This document shows, piece after piece, positions 8,807 to 26,626 of a stretch of DNA of 64,000 nucleotides. Origin of the DNA: Escherichia coli (GTDB lineage: Bacteria; Pseudomonadota; Gammaproteobacteria; Enterobacterales; Enterobacteriaceae); the NCBI RefSeq assembly GCF_044324875.1, contig NZ_CP172185.1; one strand, written 5' to 3'. Numbering within the stretch: position 1 is the stretch's first letter; each line of letters begins with the position of its first letter. The notes beneath the pieces are model-generated. The model was not told the origin of the DNA. It saw nothing but the letters and a program-made list of their open reading frames with translations, and searched no databases. The translations under genes were made by a program, and so were the position numbers.

Positions 8807-11512
8807 TTATTGCAGGCGACCATGGCACTGCTTGTATTTTTTACCAGAACCGCACGGGCAAGGATCGTTACGTCCTACTTTGCGTTCACCGGTTTGCGCC
8901 GCCAGTGCAGCTGCGGCTGCAGAGTCGTCATCCTGATGGCTAAGCTGCTGCATTTGCGCTAAACGCTCGGCTTCCATACGACGCTGTTGTTCCAGCTCCT
9001 CAACCTCTTCAGGCATACGTACCTGAACTTTGCTCAGCGTGCTGATAACTTCATATTTCAACGACTCCAGCATCGCTGCAAACATGGAGAACGATTCACG
9101 TTTGTATTCCTGCTTCGGATCTTTCTGTGCATAGCCACGCAGGTGGATACCCTGACGCAGATAGTCCATCGCCGCCAGGTGCTCTTTCCACAGAGAGTCG
9201 AGAGTTTGCAGCATGACGCCTTTTTCGAAGTGACGCATCATCTCAGCACCAACCACTTCTTCTTTACGCTGATACACTTCGATGGACTGCGCCAGAATGC
9301 GCTCACGCAGCGTCTCTTCATGCAGTTCTGGTTCTTTATCCAGCCACTCGGCAATTGGCAAATCGAGGTCGAAATCGTTCTTCAGACGTTCCTGCAGCCC
9401 CGGAATATCCCACATTTCTTCCAGCGACTGTGGCGGAATGTAGGCATCAATGGTCACTTTGAACACATCTTCACGAATGCTGTTGATGGTTTCGCTCACA
9501 TCGCTGACATCCAGCAGTTCGTTACGCTGGGAGTAAATGGCGCGACGCTGATCGTTAGCCACGTCATCATATTCCAGCAGTTGCTTACGAATGTCGAAGT
9601 TACGACTTTCAACTTTACGCTGGGCGTTGGCAATCGCTTTAGTCACCCACGGGTGTTCAATGGCTTCGCCTGGCTTCATACCCAGTTTACGCATCATGCC
9701 GGATACTCGGTCGGAGGCAAAAATACGCATCAGCGCATCTTCCATCGACAGGTAGAAACGGGAAGAACCAGCATCCCCCTGACGACCAGAACGACCGCGC
9801 AACTGGTTATCGATACGACGGGATTCGTGACGTTCAGTACCGATGATATGCAGGCCACCTGCTGCCAGTACCGCATCGTGACGAACCTGCCAGTCGGCCT
9901 TAATTTTTTCAATTTGCTCTGCGGTCGGATTTTCCAGCGCGGCAACTTCTGCCTGCCAGCTACCACCGAGCACAATATCTGTACCACGACCCGCCATGTT
10001 GGTCGCGATAGTCACCGCAGCCGGATAACCTGCCTGAGCAACAATCGCCGCTTCGTTGGCGTGGAATTTGGCGTTAAGGACGTTGTGCTTAATACCGGCT
10101 TTGGTCAGTTCGTTTGACACCAGCTCCGATTTTTCGATGGAGATAGTACCCACCAGCACCGGCTGGCCTTTCGCAGTACGTTCTTTGATATCTTCAATGA
10201 TCGCCTGAATTTTTTCCGCTTCAGTCATGTAGACCAGGTCCGGCAGATCTTTACGAATCATTGGACGGTTGGTCGGAACAACGACGGTATCCAGCTTGTA
10301 GATGGAGCTAAATTCGAAAGCTTCGGTATCAGCAGTACCGGTCATCCCCGCCAGTTTTTCATACAGACGGAAGTAGTTCTGGAAGGTGATCGACGCCAGC
10401 GTCTGGTTTTCGTTCTGGATCTGTACACCTTCTTTCGCTTCCACTGCCTGATGCAGGCCATCGGACCAACGACGTCCCTGCATGGTACGACCGGTGTGTT
10501 CGTCAACGATGATAACTTCACCATCTTTAACGATGTAGTCGACGTCTCGGGTAAACAGCGCATGAGCGCGCAGCGCCGCCGTTACGTGGTGCATCAGCAT
10601 GATGTTGGCCGGAGAGTACAGAGACTCCCCTTCATCCATGATGCCTTCTTTCACCAGCAGTTCTTCAATCAGCACCAGACCACGTTCGGTCAGGTTCACC
10701 TGGCGAGATTTTTCGTCCACCGAGAAGTGGCCTTCGCCCTGGAAGGTTTCGGAGTCTTCTTTTTCCTGACGGATCAGGTGCGGAATAATTTTATTCACGC
10801 GTTTATACATTTCCGAGCTGTCTTCTGCCGGGCCGGAAATGATCAGCGGTGTACGCGCTTCATCGATCAGGATGGAGTCCACTTCGTCCACCAGCGCATA
10901 GTGCAGTTTACGCTGTACACGTTCTTCAGGGCTGAACGCCATGTTATCGCGCAGGTAGTCAAAGCCGTATTCGTTGTTCGTACCGTAAGTGATGTCAGCT
11001 GCGTAAGCTTCACGCTTCGCCGGTGCTGGCATGCCCGGCAGGTTGATACCGACAGTCAGGCCAAGGAATTCAAACAGCGGACGGTTGTTTTCGGCGTCAC
11101 GTTGCGCCAGGTAGTCGTTGACGGTAACAACGTGTACGCCCTTACCGGTTAATGCGTTCAGGTAAGCAGGCAGCGTTGCGGTCAGGGTTTTACCTTCACC
11201 GGTACGCATTTCGGCGATGCAGCGTTCGTTAAGAACCATACCGCCGAGTAACTGAACGTCGAAGTGACGCATACCAAAGACGCGCTTACTTGCCTCACGC
11301 ACCACGGCGAAAGCTTCCGGGATCAGATTTTCCAGCACTTCGCCTTTTTCAAGACGTGCACGAAACTCTGCAGTTTTCCCTTTCAGTTCTTCGTCGGAGA
11401 GTTTTTCCATCTCCGGTTCCATGGCATTGATGATGTTGACCACTTTGCGCATCCGGCGCAGGGTGCGATCGTTACGACTACCGAAAACTTTAGTTAATAA
11501 TTTGATTAGCAT
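8807..11512 (-). CDS. secA: Preprotein translocase ATPase SecA
   Basis: 901 aa, [17 protein letters not shown]-terminus, C-terminal zinc-binding [14 protein letters not shown]. Confidence 0.98.
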   Translation of the reverse strand: MLIKLLTKVFGSRNDRTLRRMRKVVNIINAMEPEMEKLSDEELKGKTAEFRARLEKGEVLENLIPEAFAVVREASKRVFGMRHFDVQLLGGMVLNERCIAEMRTGEGKTLTATLPAYLNALTGKGVHVVTVNDYLAQRDAENNRPLFEFLGLTVGINLPGMPAPAKREAYAADITYGTNNEYGFDYLRDNMAFSPEERVQRKLHYALVDEVDSILIDEARTPLIISGPAEDSSEMYKRVNKIIPHLIRQEKEDSETFQGEGHFSVDEKSRQVNLTERGLVLIEELLVKEGIMDEGESLYSPANIMLMHHVTAALRAHALFTRDVDYIVKDGEVIIVDEHTGRTMQGRRWSDGLHQAVEAKEGVQIQNENQTLASITFQNYFRLYEKLAGMTGTADTEAFEFSSIYKLDTVVVPTNRPMIRKDLPDLVYMTEAEKIQAIIEDIKERTAKGQPVLVGTISIEKSELVSNELTKAGIKHNVLNAKFHANEAAIVAQAGYPAAVTIATNMAGRGTDIVLGGSWQAEVAALENPTAEQIEKIKADWQVRHDAVLAAGGLHIIGTERHESRRIDNQLRGRSGRQGDAGSSRFYLSMEDALMRIFASDRVSGMMRKLGMKPGEAIEHPWVTKAIANAQRKVESRNFDIRKQLLEYDDVANDQRRAIYSQRNELLDVSDVSETINSIREDVFKVTIDAYIPPQSLEEMWDIPGLQERLKNDFDLDLPIAEWLDKEPELHEETLRERILAQSIEVYQRKEEVVGAEMMRHFEKGVMLQTLDSLWKEHLAAMDYLRQGIHLRGYAQKDPKQEYKRESFSMFAAMLESLKYEVISTLSKVQVRMPEEVEELEQQRRMEAERLAQMQQLSHQDDDSAAAAALAAQTGERKVGRNDPCPCGSGKKYKQCHGRLQ

Positions 11513-11573
11513 AATAAAATCTCAAACGCCCCGCGTTGCGGAGTCAATAAAATGAAGTAAAGGTTTATTGTTG

Positions 11574-13256
<1,683 letters not shown>

Positions 13257-13335
13257 CTATCCAACCGAAGTGTACTATACATTCGGCGGGCCAGTTTAGC
13301 ACAAAGAGCCTCGAAACCCAAATTCCAGTCAATTC

Positions 13336-14487
13336 TTAATCAGCTTGCTTACGCAGGAATGCTGGGATATCCAGATAATCCGGCTCTTTCGCAGTTTGCG
13401 GCGCATTGTCATTCACGACTTTAGCAACCGGCTTCTGCTCCTGGGTCAGCGGAGCCATCCCGTGCTGCTGGTAGCGATCCATCACTGGCTGCTGAACCTG
13501 CTTATTGGTCACCAGAGTGATTTCAGGACGTTTGTCCATGCCGATACCTGTCGCAACAACAGTTACGCGCAGCTCGTCATTCATATCCGGGTCAAGAGAA
13601 GTACCAATAACCACAGTCGCGTTGTCGGAAGCAAATGCACGGATGGTGTTACCTACCGTTTCAAACTCATCCAGACGCAGGTCGAAGCCCGCCGTGATGT
13701 TAACCAGCACGCCGCGTGCGCCAGACAGGTCGATATCTTCCAGCAGCGGAGAAGAGATAGCCATTTCAGCAGCTTCTTCCGCACGGTCTTCACCACTCGC
13801 CACGCCAGAACCCATCATTGCGTAGCCCATTTCAGACATTACGGTGCGTACGTCTGCAAAGTCCACGTTCATCAAACCCGGACGAGTAATCAGTTCGGCG
13901 ATACCTTGCACTGCGCCTTTCAGTACATCGTTCGCTGCGCCAAACGCATCCAGCAGGGAGATACCGCGGCCCAGAACTTTCAGCAGTTTGTCGTTCGGGA
14001 TAGTGATCAGAGAGTCCACATGTTTGGACAGTTCAGTGATCCCCTGCTCCGCGAATGCCATACGCTTCTTGCCTTCAAAGTTGAAAGGCTTAGTGACGAC
14101 AGCAACGGTCAGGATACCCAAATCTTTTGCCACTTCAGCGACGACTGGAGCTGCGCCTGTACCGGTACCACCACCCATACCCGCAGCAATAAAGACCATG
14201 TCTGCACCTTCCAGCGCCGCACGCAGTGCATCGCGATCCTCATCAGCCGCATTACGGCCAACTTCTGGATTAGCGCCAGCGCCCAGTCCTTTGGTGATAC
14301 CGCTACCGATTTGAATCGTCTGTCCAACCGCTGTTTTACGCAGCGCTTGTGCATCGGTATTTACCGCGAAGAATTCAACACCTTCAATGCGCTCGCGCAC
14401 CATGTGTTCAACAGCATTACCGCCGCCGCCGCCGACGCCGATGACTTTAATCACCGCGTCATTGGTAAGTTCCATTGGTTCAAACAT
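13336..14487 (-). CDS. ftsZ: Cell division GTPase FtsZ
   Basis: 383 aa with tubulin signature GGGTGTG. Confidence 0.98.
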
Positions 14488-14547
14488 AGTTTCTCTCCGA
14501 TTTGTGCCTGTCGCCTGAGGCCGTAATCATCGTCGGCCTCATAAAAA

Positions 14548-15810
14548 TTAAAACTCTTTTCGCAGCCAACTATTGAGTCGCTTGATCCACGAGCCAACTG
14601 ATGCTGTAACACGTTTTTCTACTTCAGCTTCACCGTTAAGATGTGACTCTTTTCCATAGTGAAGCAATCCCACCGCCGTCGAATAATACGGCTCCTGAGC
14701 ATAATCCGTTAAACCGGTAATGTTCAGCGGCGCGCCGATACGCACTTGCGTATGAAACACGCGCTGAGCACAGGCTGCAAGACCTTCGATCTGCGCTGCG
14801 CCACCAGTTAAAACAATGCCTGCCGCCAGGTGATGTTTAACCCCTTGTTGGCGAAGCTTTTCCTGCAACTGCAATATCTCTTCGTTGACCAAGTTGAGCA
14901 GCTCGGTATAGCGCGGCTCGATCACCTCTGCCAGGGTCTGACGTTGCAGACTCCGCGGTGGACGACCGCCTACGCTCGGCACTTCCACGCTCTCATCTTT
15001 TCCAACGATGGAACCCAGCGCACAACCGTGGCGAACTTTAATCGCTTCGGCGTCGCTTGGCGGCGTGCCAAAGGCGTAAGCGATATCACTGGTCACGACA
15101 TTGCCAGCATAAGGAATTACCTTAGTGTGGCGCAATGCCCCACCGGTATAAACGGCGATATCCATTGTACCACCACCGATATCGACGACGCAGACACCCA
15201 GTTCACGTTCATCTTCCGTCAATACCGAATAACTTGATGCCAGTCCGGCAAATATCAGTTGGTCAACTTTCAGCCCACAACGTTCAACCGCTTTGACGAT
15301 GTTTTTCGCCATATCGTTGTGACATGTGATCAGGTGCACTTTTGCCTGCATCCGCACGCCCGAAAGTCCTACCGGATTCTTGATCCCTTCCTGATAGTCA
15401 ATCGCATACTCTTGCGGGATCACATGCAGCACACGATGCTCATCGCGCACACGCACCGATTTCGCGGTATGGACGACGTTTTCCACATCTTCTTGCGTCA
15501 CTTCTTCTTCAGAAATAGGCACCATACCAATTTCATTCTGGCAGCTGATGTGCTTACCAGAAAGCGCCAGATATACCGAAGAGATCTGACAATCTGCCAT
15601 CAATTCTGCCTGGTCAATGGCGCGTTGTACGCACTTGACCACGGATTCGAGGTCGTTCACCCCGCCTTTATCCATACCACGCGACGGGCAGCTGCCCACG
15701 CCAATGATATTGACCATACCGTCGGGCAGAACTTCCCCTACTAAAGCGGCAACCTTCGCGGTACCAATCTCCAGTCCTACTACCAGTTTTCTGTCCGTCG
15801 CCTTGATCAT
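14548..15810 (-). CDS. ftsA: Cell division protein FtsA (actin-like ATPase)
   Basis: 420 aa; dcw synteny. Confidence 0.98.
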   Translation of the reverse strand: MIKATDRKLVVGLEIGTAKVAALVGEVLPDGMVNIIGVGSCPSRGMDKGGVNDLESVVKCVQRAIDQAELMADCQISSVYLALSGKHISCQNEIGMVPISEEEVTQEDVENVVHTAKSVRVRDEHRVLHVIPQEYAIDYQEGIKNPVGLSGVRMQAKVHLITCHNDMAKNIVKAVERCGLKVDQLIFAGLASSYSVLTEDERELGVCVVDIGGGTMDIAVYTGGALRHTKVIPYAGNVVTSDIAYAFGTPPSDAEAIKVRHGCALGSIVGKDESVEVPSVGGRPPRSLQRQTLAEVIEPRYTELLNLVNEEILQLQEKLRQQGVKHHLAAGIVLTGGAAQIEGLAACAQRVFHTQVRIGAPLNITGLTDYAQEPYYSTAVGLLHYGKESHLNGEAEVEKRVTASVGSWIKRLNSWLRKEF

Positions 15811-16637
15811 TGTTGTTCTGCCTGTGCCTGATTTTGTTGCTGAGTAGATTCCTCTGGCGGCAAGGGCGCCCAGCCTACTGCCGCTCCAGAGTCATAACGC
15901 AAATCAACGTAGCTAATCCGTTTGCCATCGGTTTGCGCCTGCTGCTGTAAAACCGGATAAAGTTCTACAAAGCGAGCCAAACGTTTCATCGTATCGCCCC
16001 GGCCAAGATTGAGCTTAATATCGTTATTCAGCGTCAACTGCCAGGAACGCCGCGCGGTCATCGCCGCTTCCTTCAGAGTAAATCTGTCCTTTGCCAGCAT
16101 CTGCCCCATTTCGCGATAGCCCTGCAACACTTCATTGGCGCTGCCTTCCGGGCCATACAGCATTGGAAGCACCTGCTTGCTGGTGCGATCTGGAGGCACG
16201 CTGAAAGTGTTTCCTTCCGCGTCTACCATATGTTGATCATTCCACCGCGCAATCGGCACATATTCAACCAGATGAATCTTCAATTCATCAGGCCACTGCT
16301 TTCTGACGCTCACCTGCTTAATCCACGGCAGGCGTTGTTCTATTTGCGTCTGGATGATGTTGACATCCTGGGTCATAAAGGTACCTGGCTCACCCAATGC
16401 CAGGATCGACTGCCGGATATCGTCATTACGCGTGTAATGGCGTTCACCGGTCAACACCAGCTTTGAGAGCGGCAGGCGTTGCGCATCTTCCATCCAGCCC
16501 AACACGACCCAGCCGCTCACCAACACTGTCGTTAAAACGGTCAGCAGGAAAAGGATCCCCGCCAGACGCGTTCCATTATTGCGGCGAGAAGAAACCTCTT
16601 CTTCGCTGTTTCGCGTGTTCAGAGCAGCCTGCGACAT
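15807..16637 (-). CDS. ftsQ: Cell division protein FtsQ
   Basis: 276 aa with a single transmembrane segment; overlaps ftsA start. Confidence 0.95.
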   Translation of the reverse strand: MSQAALNTRNSEEEVSSRRNNGTRLAGILFLLTVLTTVLVSGWVVLGWMEDAQRLPLSKLVLTGERHYTRNDDIRQSILALGEPGTFMTQDVNIIQTQIEQRLPWIKQVSVRKQWPDELKIHLVEYVPIARWNDQHMVDAEGNTFSVPPDRTSKQVLPMLYGPEGSANEVLQGYREMGQMLAKDRFTLKEAAMTARRSWQLTLNNDIKLNLGRGDTMKRLARFVELYPVLQQQAQTDGKRISYVDLRYDSGAAVGWAPLPPEESTQQQNQAQAEQQ

Positions 16638-16638
16638 A

Positions 16639-19027
<2,389 letters not shown>

Positions 19028-19080
19028 TCTTTACGCCATTAACTTCTTAAATTCATACGATGCAAAAGGCATCGCTACAA

Positions 19081-20148
19081 TTACGCCCGGGCAGCCCGGC
19101 TCACTTCATTTGCCACTCGCTCGGTGGCATCCGGAATGGATGCAGCGCGGGCGCGTTCTGCCATGGTTAATAAGGTTTCTCGCGACCACCCGGCCAGGGT
19201 GTTGGCGACAGCATCCACGCTAAGCTGTGGCTGCTCGATAATTTTGGCTGCGCCCGCTTTTTCCAGCGGTAGAGCATTCCAGTATTGCTGGCGGTCTTTA
19301 TGTTGAAACGGCACAAACAACGCCGGTAGTCCTGCCGCAGCGATTTCACTCACCGTTAACGCACCGGAGCGGCAAACGACGACATCCGCCCACGCATACG
19401 CCGCCGCCATATCATCAATAAATTCCGTCACTTTATGCTGCGGTTGCCCCGCTTCGGCATATGCCTGTTCAACGGATTGTTGCGAACCTTTACCGCTCTG
19501 ATGCCAGATAGTGACTGAATCACCCAGTTTCGCAGCAACCTGCGGCATTGTCTGGTTAAGAATGCGTGCGCCCTGGGAACCACCCACTACCAACACACGA
19601 ACCGGACCTTCACGTCCAGCCAAACGTTGCTGCGGCAACGGCAGCGCCAGCACATCGGTACGCACCGGGTTACCCACCACTTCCGCATTAGGGAAAGCGC
19701 CTGGAAACGCCTGCATCACTTTGGTAGCAATCTTCGCCAGCCATTTATTGGTTAAGCCCGCAATACCGTTTTGTTCATGAAGCACAACCGGAATGCCTAA
19801 CGACCACGCGGCCAGACCACCTGGACCTGATACGTAGCCGCCCATACCGAGCACCACGTCAGGTTTGTACGCTTTCATAATCGCCCGCGCCTGACGCCAG
19901 GCGTTGAAGATACGCAGCGGGGCAGCTATCAGTGCTTTTATACCTTTTCCACGCAGACCAGAGATACGAATGAAATCAATTTCGATGCCATGTTTTGGCA
20001 CTAAGTCCGCTTCCATACGGTCGGCAGTCCCCAGCCAGCGAACTTGCCAACCCTGAGCCATTAGATGGTGCGCAACCGCCAGCCCCGGGAATACATGTCC
20101 ACCGGTTCCGCCTGCCATCACCATTAATCGCTTTCCTTGACCACTCAT
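19081..20148 (-). CDS. murG: Lipid II synthase (UDP-GlcNAc transferase) MurG
   Basis: 355 aa with [12 protein letters not shown]-terminal motif. Confidence 0.97.
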
Positions 20149-21389
20149 CGTGAACCTCGTACAAACGCCTGCGCTTTCTCCAGACGCGTTTCATAATCAA
20201 TACGCAACAGCATCATGATGGCTGTCGACATAATCAGTAAGCTCGAACCACCGTAACTGATCAGCGGCAATGTCAGACCTTTGGTCGGTAACATCCCCGC
20301 CGCCGCGCCTACGTTAACCAGCGCCTGGAAGCTAAACCAGATGCCAATGGAACAGGCGAGAAAACCGGAAAAACGATGGTCAATTTCTAATGCTTTACGG
20401 CCAATCGACATCGCACGAAAAGCGACGAAGAATACCATTAAAAGTGCTAGTACCACACCGACATAACCTAATTCTTCGCCGATAATGGCGAAAATAAAGT
20501 CAGTGTGCGCTTCCGGCAGATACTCCAGTTTTTGTACCGAGTTACCTAAACCTTGCCCCCAAAGTTCGCCGCGACCAAACGCCATCAGCGATTGCGTTAA
20601 CTGATAGCCGCTGCCAAAGGGATCTTCCCACGGGTTCCAGAATGCGGTAACACGGCGGATACGGTACGGTTCGGCGAGGATCAGCAACACAACCGCTGAA
20701 ATGCCCATACCGATAATGGCAATGAACTGCCACAATTTCGCTCCCGCCAGGAATAACATCGCCAGCGTAGTCACAAACAACACCACCACCGTACCAAGGT
20801 CTGGCTGTGCCAGCAGTAATACTGCTAACACCAGAATCACGCCCATCGGTTTCAGGAAGCCGCGCAGGTTATTACGTACTTCGTCGCCTTTACGCACCAG
20901 ATAGTTGGCGATATAGCAAAACAACGACAGTTTTGTCAGCTCCGCAGGCTGGATACGCAGCAAGCCGAGATCGATCCAACGCGATGCCCCTTTAACAGAG
21001 CTACCCACTACCAGAACGATCATCAACAGGATGATTGATCCGAGTAGCATCGTAGCGCTGTAACGTTGCCAGAACTCCATCGGCAGACGCAGCGTAATGA
21101 TCGCCAGAATGAATGCCAGGATCAGATAGACGCCATCACGCTTCGCGAAGAAGAACGGATCGTTGGTTAAGCGTTGCCCTATGGGCATTGACGCCGAGGT
21201 CACCATGATAAAGCCAATCGCCGCGAGGCCGAAGGTCAGCCACAGTAAGGTGCGATCGTACATGATCAGGCTGTCGGTATCTTTTTCCCGCGAGCCCATC
21301 ACCCAGCCCTTTAGCGCCGTGGAGATCCAGACCAGAATACTGAATCCTGGCAGGCGCGGCATTTTCAGGCGAGGGAGAGATAAACGCAT
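20145..21389 (-). CDS. ftsW: Peptidoglycan glycosyltransferase / lipid II flippase FtsW (SEDS family)
   Basis: About 414 aa polytopic membrane protein; the track ORF has one extra N-terminal Met. Confidence 0.95.
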
Positions 21390-22705
21390 CAACCTAACTC
21401 CTTCGCCAGACGGGCAAACTCATTGCCTCGTTGTTCAAAGTTCTTGAACTGATCAAGGCTGGCACATGCCGGGGAGAGCAGAACCATATCGCCCGGCTGA
21501 ACACGCGGAGCCAGCAAGCGCATCGCCTGTTCCATGGTTTCGGTTTGTTCTGCCACTTCCGGGCGTAGCGCCGCCAGCTGCGCGCCGTCCCGACCGAAAC
21601 AATACAGACGTACGTTATCGCCATTCAGGTAACGCGCCAGTGGGCTAAAATCTGCCGATTTACCATCGCCGCCCAGCAACAAATGCAGCGTGCCGTCTAC
21701 GTGCAGGCCATTCAGTGCCGCTTCCGTACTGCCGACGTTGGTCGCTTTTGAATCGTTAATCCAGCGCACACCGTTATGCTCCAGCACAACTTCAAAGCGA
21801 TGCGGCAGACCAGTGAATGTGGTTAACGCTTTCAGGCTGCTGGCGCGCGGCAAATCAGCGGCATCTGCCAGTGCCAGAGCTGCCAGTGCATTGGTGTAGT
21901 TATGCTGCCCGGAAAGTTTCATTTCTTTCACGTTCAGCACTTTCTCGCCCTTCACCCGCAGCCAGGTTTCACCCTGCTGATGATTCAGGTGATAGTCACC
22001 CATGTTGACGCCAAAGCTGACACAGCGTTCATCCGCACCGCGAATCGGCATTGTTAAGGCATCATCAGCATTAACCACGCAAATTTTTGCGTTTTCGTAA
22101 ATGCGCAGTTTTGCTGCACGATACTGTTGTAAACCAAACGGATAGCGATCCATATGATCTTCAGTCACGTTCAGAATGGTCGCTGCTACCGCCTGTAAAC
22201 TGGAGGTGGTTTCAAGCTGGAAGCTCGACAGCTCCAGCACGTACAGTTCGCACTCATCATCCAGCAGCATCAACGCAGGCAGGCCAATATTGCCACCCAC
22301 ACCAACGTTAACCCCCGCCGCTTTCGCCATTTCACCCACTAGCGTGGTGACCGTGCTTTTGCCGTTAGAACCGGTGATCGCCACAATCGGTGCTTGTGCT
22401 TCACGACAGAACAGCTCGATATCGCCAACGATTTCGATTCCGGCATCAGCGGCAGCGCTTAAGGATGGATGCGCCAGTGCAATACCGGGACTGGCGACAA
22501 TCAGATCGGCCGCCATCAGCCATTCATCATTCAGACCGCCCGTGTGGCGTTCTACAGCTTCGGGTAATTTATCCAGGCCAGGCGGTGTCATACGCGTATC
22601 CATAACGCGCGGCGTCACACCGCGAGCGAGGAAAAAGTCCACGCAAGAAAGCCCGGTGAGGCCCAGGCCGATAATGACGACATTTTTACCCTGGTAATCA
22701 GCCAT
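21389..22705 (-). CDS. murD: UDP-N-acetylmuramoylalanine--D-glutamate ligase
   Basis: 438 aa Mur ligase. Confidence 0.97.
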
Positions 22706-22707
22706 GA

Positions 22708-23790
22708 TTAACGTACCTTCAGCGTTGCCAGACCAATCAGGACCAGCATCAGCGAAATAATCCAGAAACGTACAATGACGCGCGGTTCCGGCCAGCCTTT
22801 CAGTTCATAGTGGTGATGAATCGGTGCCATGCGGAAAATACGTTGTCCGCGCAGTTTAAAGGAGCCGACCTGCAGGATGACGGAAAGTGTTTCTACCACG
22901 AACACGCCCCCCATAATCACCAGCAGGAATTCCTGACGCAGCAGTACGGCGATAATACCTAACGCACCACCTAACGCCAGCGAACCGACATCGCCCATAA
23001 AGACCTGCGCCGGATAGGTGTTAAACCACAGGAAGCCCAGCCCTGCCCCGACTATCGCGGTACAGACAATGACCAGTTCCCCGGCGTGTCGTAGATACGG
23101 TATGTGTAAATAGCTGGCAAAGTTCATGTTGCCGGTCGCCCACGCCACCAGCGCAAAACCACCGGCGACAAATACGGTCGGCATAATTGCCAGACCGTCG
23201 AGACCATCGGTCAGGTTTACCGCGTTGCCTGTACCCACAATGACGAAGTAAGCCAGCAGAATGTAGAACAGCCCCAGTTGCGGCATCACATCTTTAAAGA
23301 ACGGAACCACCAGCTGCGTTGCGGGCGTGTCTTTGCCGGCAAGGTACAGCGCGAAGGCTACACCCAGCGCAATGACCGACATCCAGAAATACTTCCAACG
23401 AGCGATCAACCCTTTGGTGTCTTTACGCACCACTTTGCGATAGTCATCAACAAAGCCAATGATGCCGTAACCTACCAGCACCACCAGTACGCACCAGACG
23501 TACGGATTGGATGGATAAGCCCACAGCAGCACGGAGATCACAATCGCTGTCAGGATCATAATCCCGCCCATGGTCGGCGTACCGCGCTTGCTGAAGTGTG
23601 ATTCAGGACCGTCGTTACGCACTACCTGACCAAAGGAAAGTTTTTGCAAATGAGCAATCATACGCGGGCCCATCCACAATGAGATGAACAGCGCGGTCAG
23701 CAGGCTGACGATGGCGCGAAACGTCAGATAGGAAAAGACGTTAAAGCCGGAATAATATTTGACCAAATGTTCGGCCAGCCAAACTAACAT
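22708..23790 (-). CDS. mraY: Phospho-N-acetylmuramoyl-pentapeptide transferase
   Basis: 360 aa polytopic membrane protein. Confidence 0.97.
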
Positions 23791-25142
23791 GTCCCATTCT
23801 CCTGTAAAGCGCGTACTACCTCTTCCATGGCGGCACTACGTGAACCCTTAACTAAAATCGTAATTACCTGTTGCTCAGCAATCAGTGATTTAATACGCGC
23901 GATAAGCGCTGTTTTATCTGCAAAATGTTCGCCAACGCCGCTGGCGGTGCTGATAGCATGGCTTTGTTTACCCACGCTTAACACGCGGTCAATACCAGCA
24001 GCTTTTGCCGCCTCGCCCACCTGTACATGGCAGGCTTCGCTTTCAGCGCCCAATTCCGCCATATCGCCCACCACCAGCACGCGGTAGCCCGGCATTTCAG
24101 CCAGTACCTGGACTGCTGCGGTCATTGAACCGACATTGGCGTTGTAGGAGTCGTCGAGCAGCAACTGGTTTTCCGCCAGTTGGATGGGGAACAGACGGCC
24201 TGGAACAGCTTTCAGATTTGCCAGCCCCGCTTTGATAGCATCAAGCGTTGCGCCCACGGACATGGAGAGCGCAGCGGCTGCCAGCGCATTCGCAATATTG
24301 TGACGCCCTGGAAGCGGCAGCAGAACATCGACGCTACCTGTTGGGGTTTGGAGGGTAAATTCCGTACCGTGCGAAGTCACATGGATGTTGGTGGCGGTGA
24401 AATCGCTGTTGGCGGCATTGGGTGAGAAACGCCACACTTTGCGTGAGCCAATTACGCTCTGCCAGTTCAGCCAGTCGTTGTTGTCAGCGTTCATGATGGC
24501 GATACCGTTTTCCGGCAGGCCGCTAAAGATTTCACCTTTCGCTTTCGCGACACCCGCAAGCGAGCCAAAACCTTCCAGATGTGCCGCTGCCAGGTTGTTG
24601 ACCAGCGCCGCTTCCGGGCGAGTCAGACTCACAGTCCAGGCAATTTCGCCCTGATGGTTCGCGCCAAGTTCAATAACTGCGAAATCGTATTCCGGCGTTA
24701 AGCGCAGCAGCGTCATCGGTACACCGATGTCGTTGTTGAGATTGCCTGCCGTATAAAGTGTGTTGCCGCACTGGCTTAAAATTGCCGCCGTCATCTCTTT
24801 AACAGAGGTTTTGCCGGAGGAGCCCGTCAGAGCAACCACGCGCGCCGGAACTTGCTGGCGAACCCATGCAGCCAGTTCACCAAACGCCAGACGCGTATCC
24901 TTGACGATTAACTGCGGCAGATCGATATCCAGCGGACGGCTGACCAGTAGTGCGCCCGCGCCGCCAGCTTTCGCCTGGTCGGCAAAATCATGAGCATCGA
25001 AACGTTCGCCTTTCAGAGCAACAAACAGGCAGCCCGGCGTCAGTTTTCGCGTGTCAGTGGTTACAGCATCAAGGGTGATATCTGCACCTTGCAGTTCACC
25101 GTTGAGAATATCGGTAAGTTGGCTAAGGGTTACGCTAATCAT
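23784..25142 (-). CDS. murF: UDP-MurNAc-tripeptide--D-alanyl-D-alanine ligase
   Basis: 452 aa Mur ligase with GSSGKTS. Confidence 0.97.
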
Positions 25143-26626
25143 GCAATCACCCCCAGCAGACGCGCCACCGTGACGCGATCGGAGTAGTCCAGACGCTGAT
25201 TGCCAACAATCTGGTAATCCTCATGGCCTTTGCCCGCGACCAGTACCACATCATTCTCTTTAGCCTGCATAACGGCGCAAGTCACCGCTTCAGCACGGCC
25301 TTCCATCACTTTGGCATGTCCGGCATCTAACATTCCCGCCAGAATATCGTTGATGATGGCACGCGGTTCTTCGGTACGCGGGTTATCGTCCGTTACCACC
25401 GCCACGTCAGCAAACTCTTCAGCAATTGCGCCCATCAGTGGACGTTTGCCTTTATCACGATCGCCACCACAGCCAAAGACGCACCACAGCTTGCCCGCAC
25501 AGTGCAGGCGCGCCGCCTGTAAGGCTTTTTCCAGTGCATCCGGCGTATGCGCGTAATCCACCACTACCGTCGGTTTGCCTGGCGCAGTGAACACTTCCAT
25601 ACGTCCACAAACCGGCTGCAGGCGTGCGGCAGTTTTCAGCAAGTCAGACAACGGATAGCCCAGCGCCAGCAGCGTCGCCAGCGCCAGCAGCAAGTTGCTG
25701 ACGTTAAAAGCGCCCATCAGATGGCTTTCAATTTCGCCATCGCCCCAGCTTGAGCTAAAGCGAATCGTCGCACCGCTGTCGTGATAGTTCACTTCGGTCG
25801 CTTTCAACCAGCGTCCGTGACAGTTCGGATTGATATGATCTTCCATTGATACCGCAACCGCGTCTGGCAGTTTTGCCAGCCAGCGGCGACCCACTTCATC
25901 GTCGGCGTTAACAATCGCCTGACCGCAATGATGTGCAGAATAAAGCAGCCATTTCGCGGCTTCGTAGTGTTCCATATCACCATGATAATCAAGGTGATCG
26001 CGGCTTAAGTTGGTAAAGACCGACGCCGCAAATTTCAATGCCGCCACACGGTGCTGTACCAGCCCGTGGGAGGAAACTTCCATTGCGCAAAAAGTCGCGC
26101 CATGATCCACCAGCCCCGCCAGCTCATGCTGAACATCGACTGCCGAACCGGTTGTATTTTCTGTCGGGATCACTTTCCCCAGGAGGCCGTTACCAACGGT
26201 GCCCATTACCGCGCTGGTTTCGCCAAGCAGTTGGCTCCACTGTGCCAGCAGCTGGGTCGTCGTGGTTTTGCCGTTGGTGCCCGTTACGCCCACGAGACGT
26301 AAATTGTCAGAGGGTTCATGGTAAAAGCGGCCCGCCAGTGCAGATAAACGCTCGTTGAGCTGGCTGAGATAGATGACCGGTACGCCGTGCATTTCACGGA
26401 TTTCACCGTCGGTCGCCTCATCTTTCGCCTCTGCAATAATGGCAGCCACACCTTGCGCTATCGCCTGCGGGATATATCGACGCCCGTCCGCCTGATGACC
26501 TACTACAGCTACAAAGAGATCGCCCGCCGCAGCCACACGGCTGTCGAGTGTCATCTCTCGCAGTGCTCGCGAAGGTGCGTCTGGCACCCACGGAGCAAGA
26601 AGGTCGCGCAAATTACGATCTGCCAC
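25139..26626 (-). CDS. murE: UDP-MurNAc-L-Ala-D-Glu--meso-diaminopimelate ligase
   Basis: 495 aa Mur ligase with GTNGKTT. Confidence 0.97.

Noticed and set aside
8987-10117. 376-aa plus-strand ORF
   Set aside because: Entirely antisense to secA; a shadow ORF within a highly conserved essential gene.
13345-14526. 393-aa plus-strand ORF
   Set aside because: Antisense to ftsZ; long open frames on the opposite strand of GC-rich, codon-biased genes are expected by chance.
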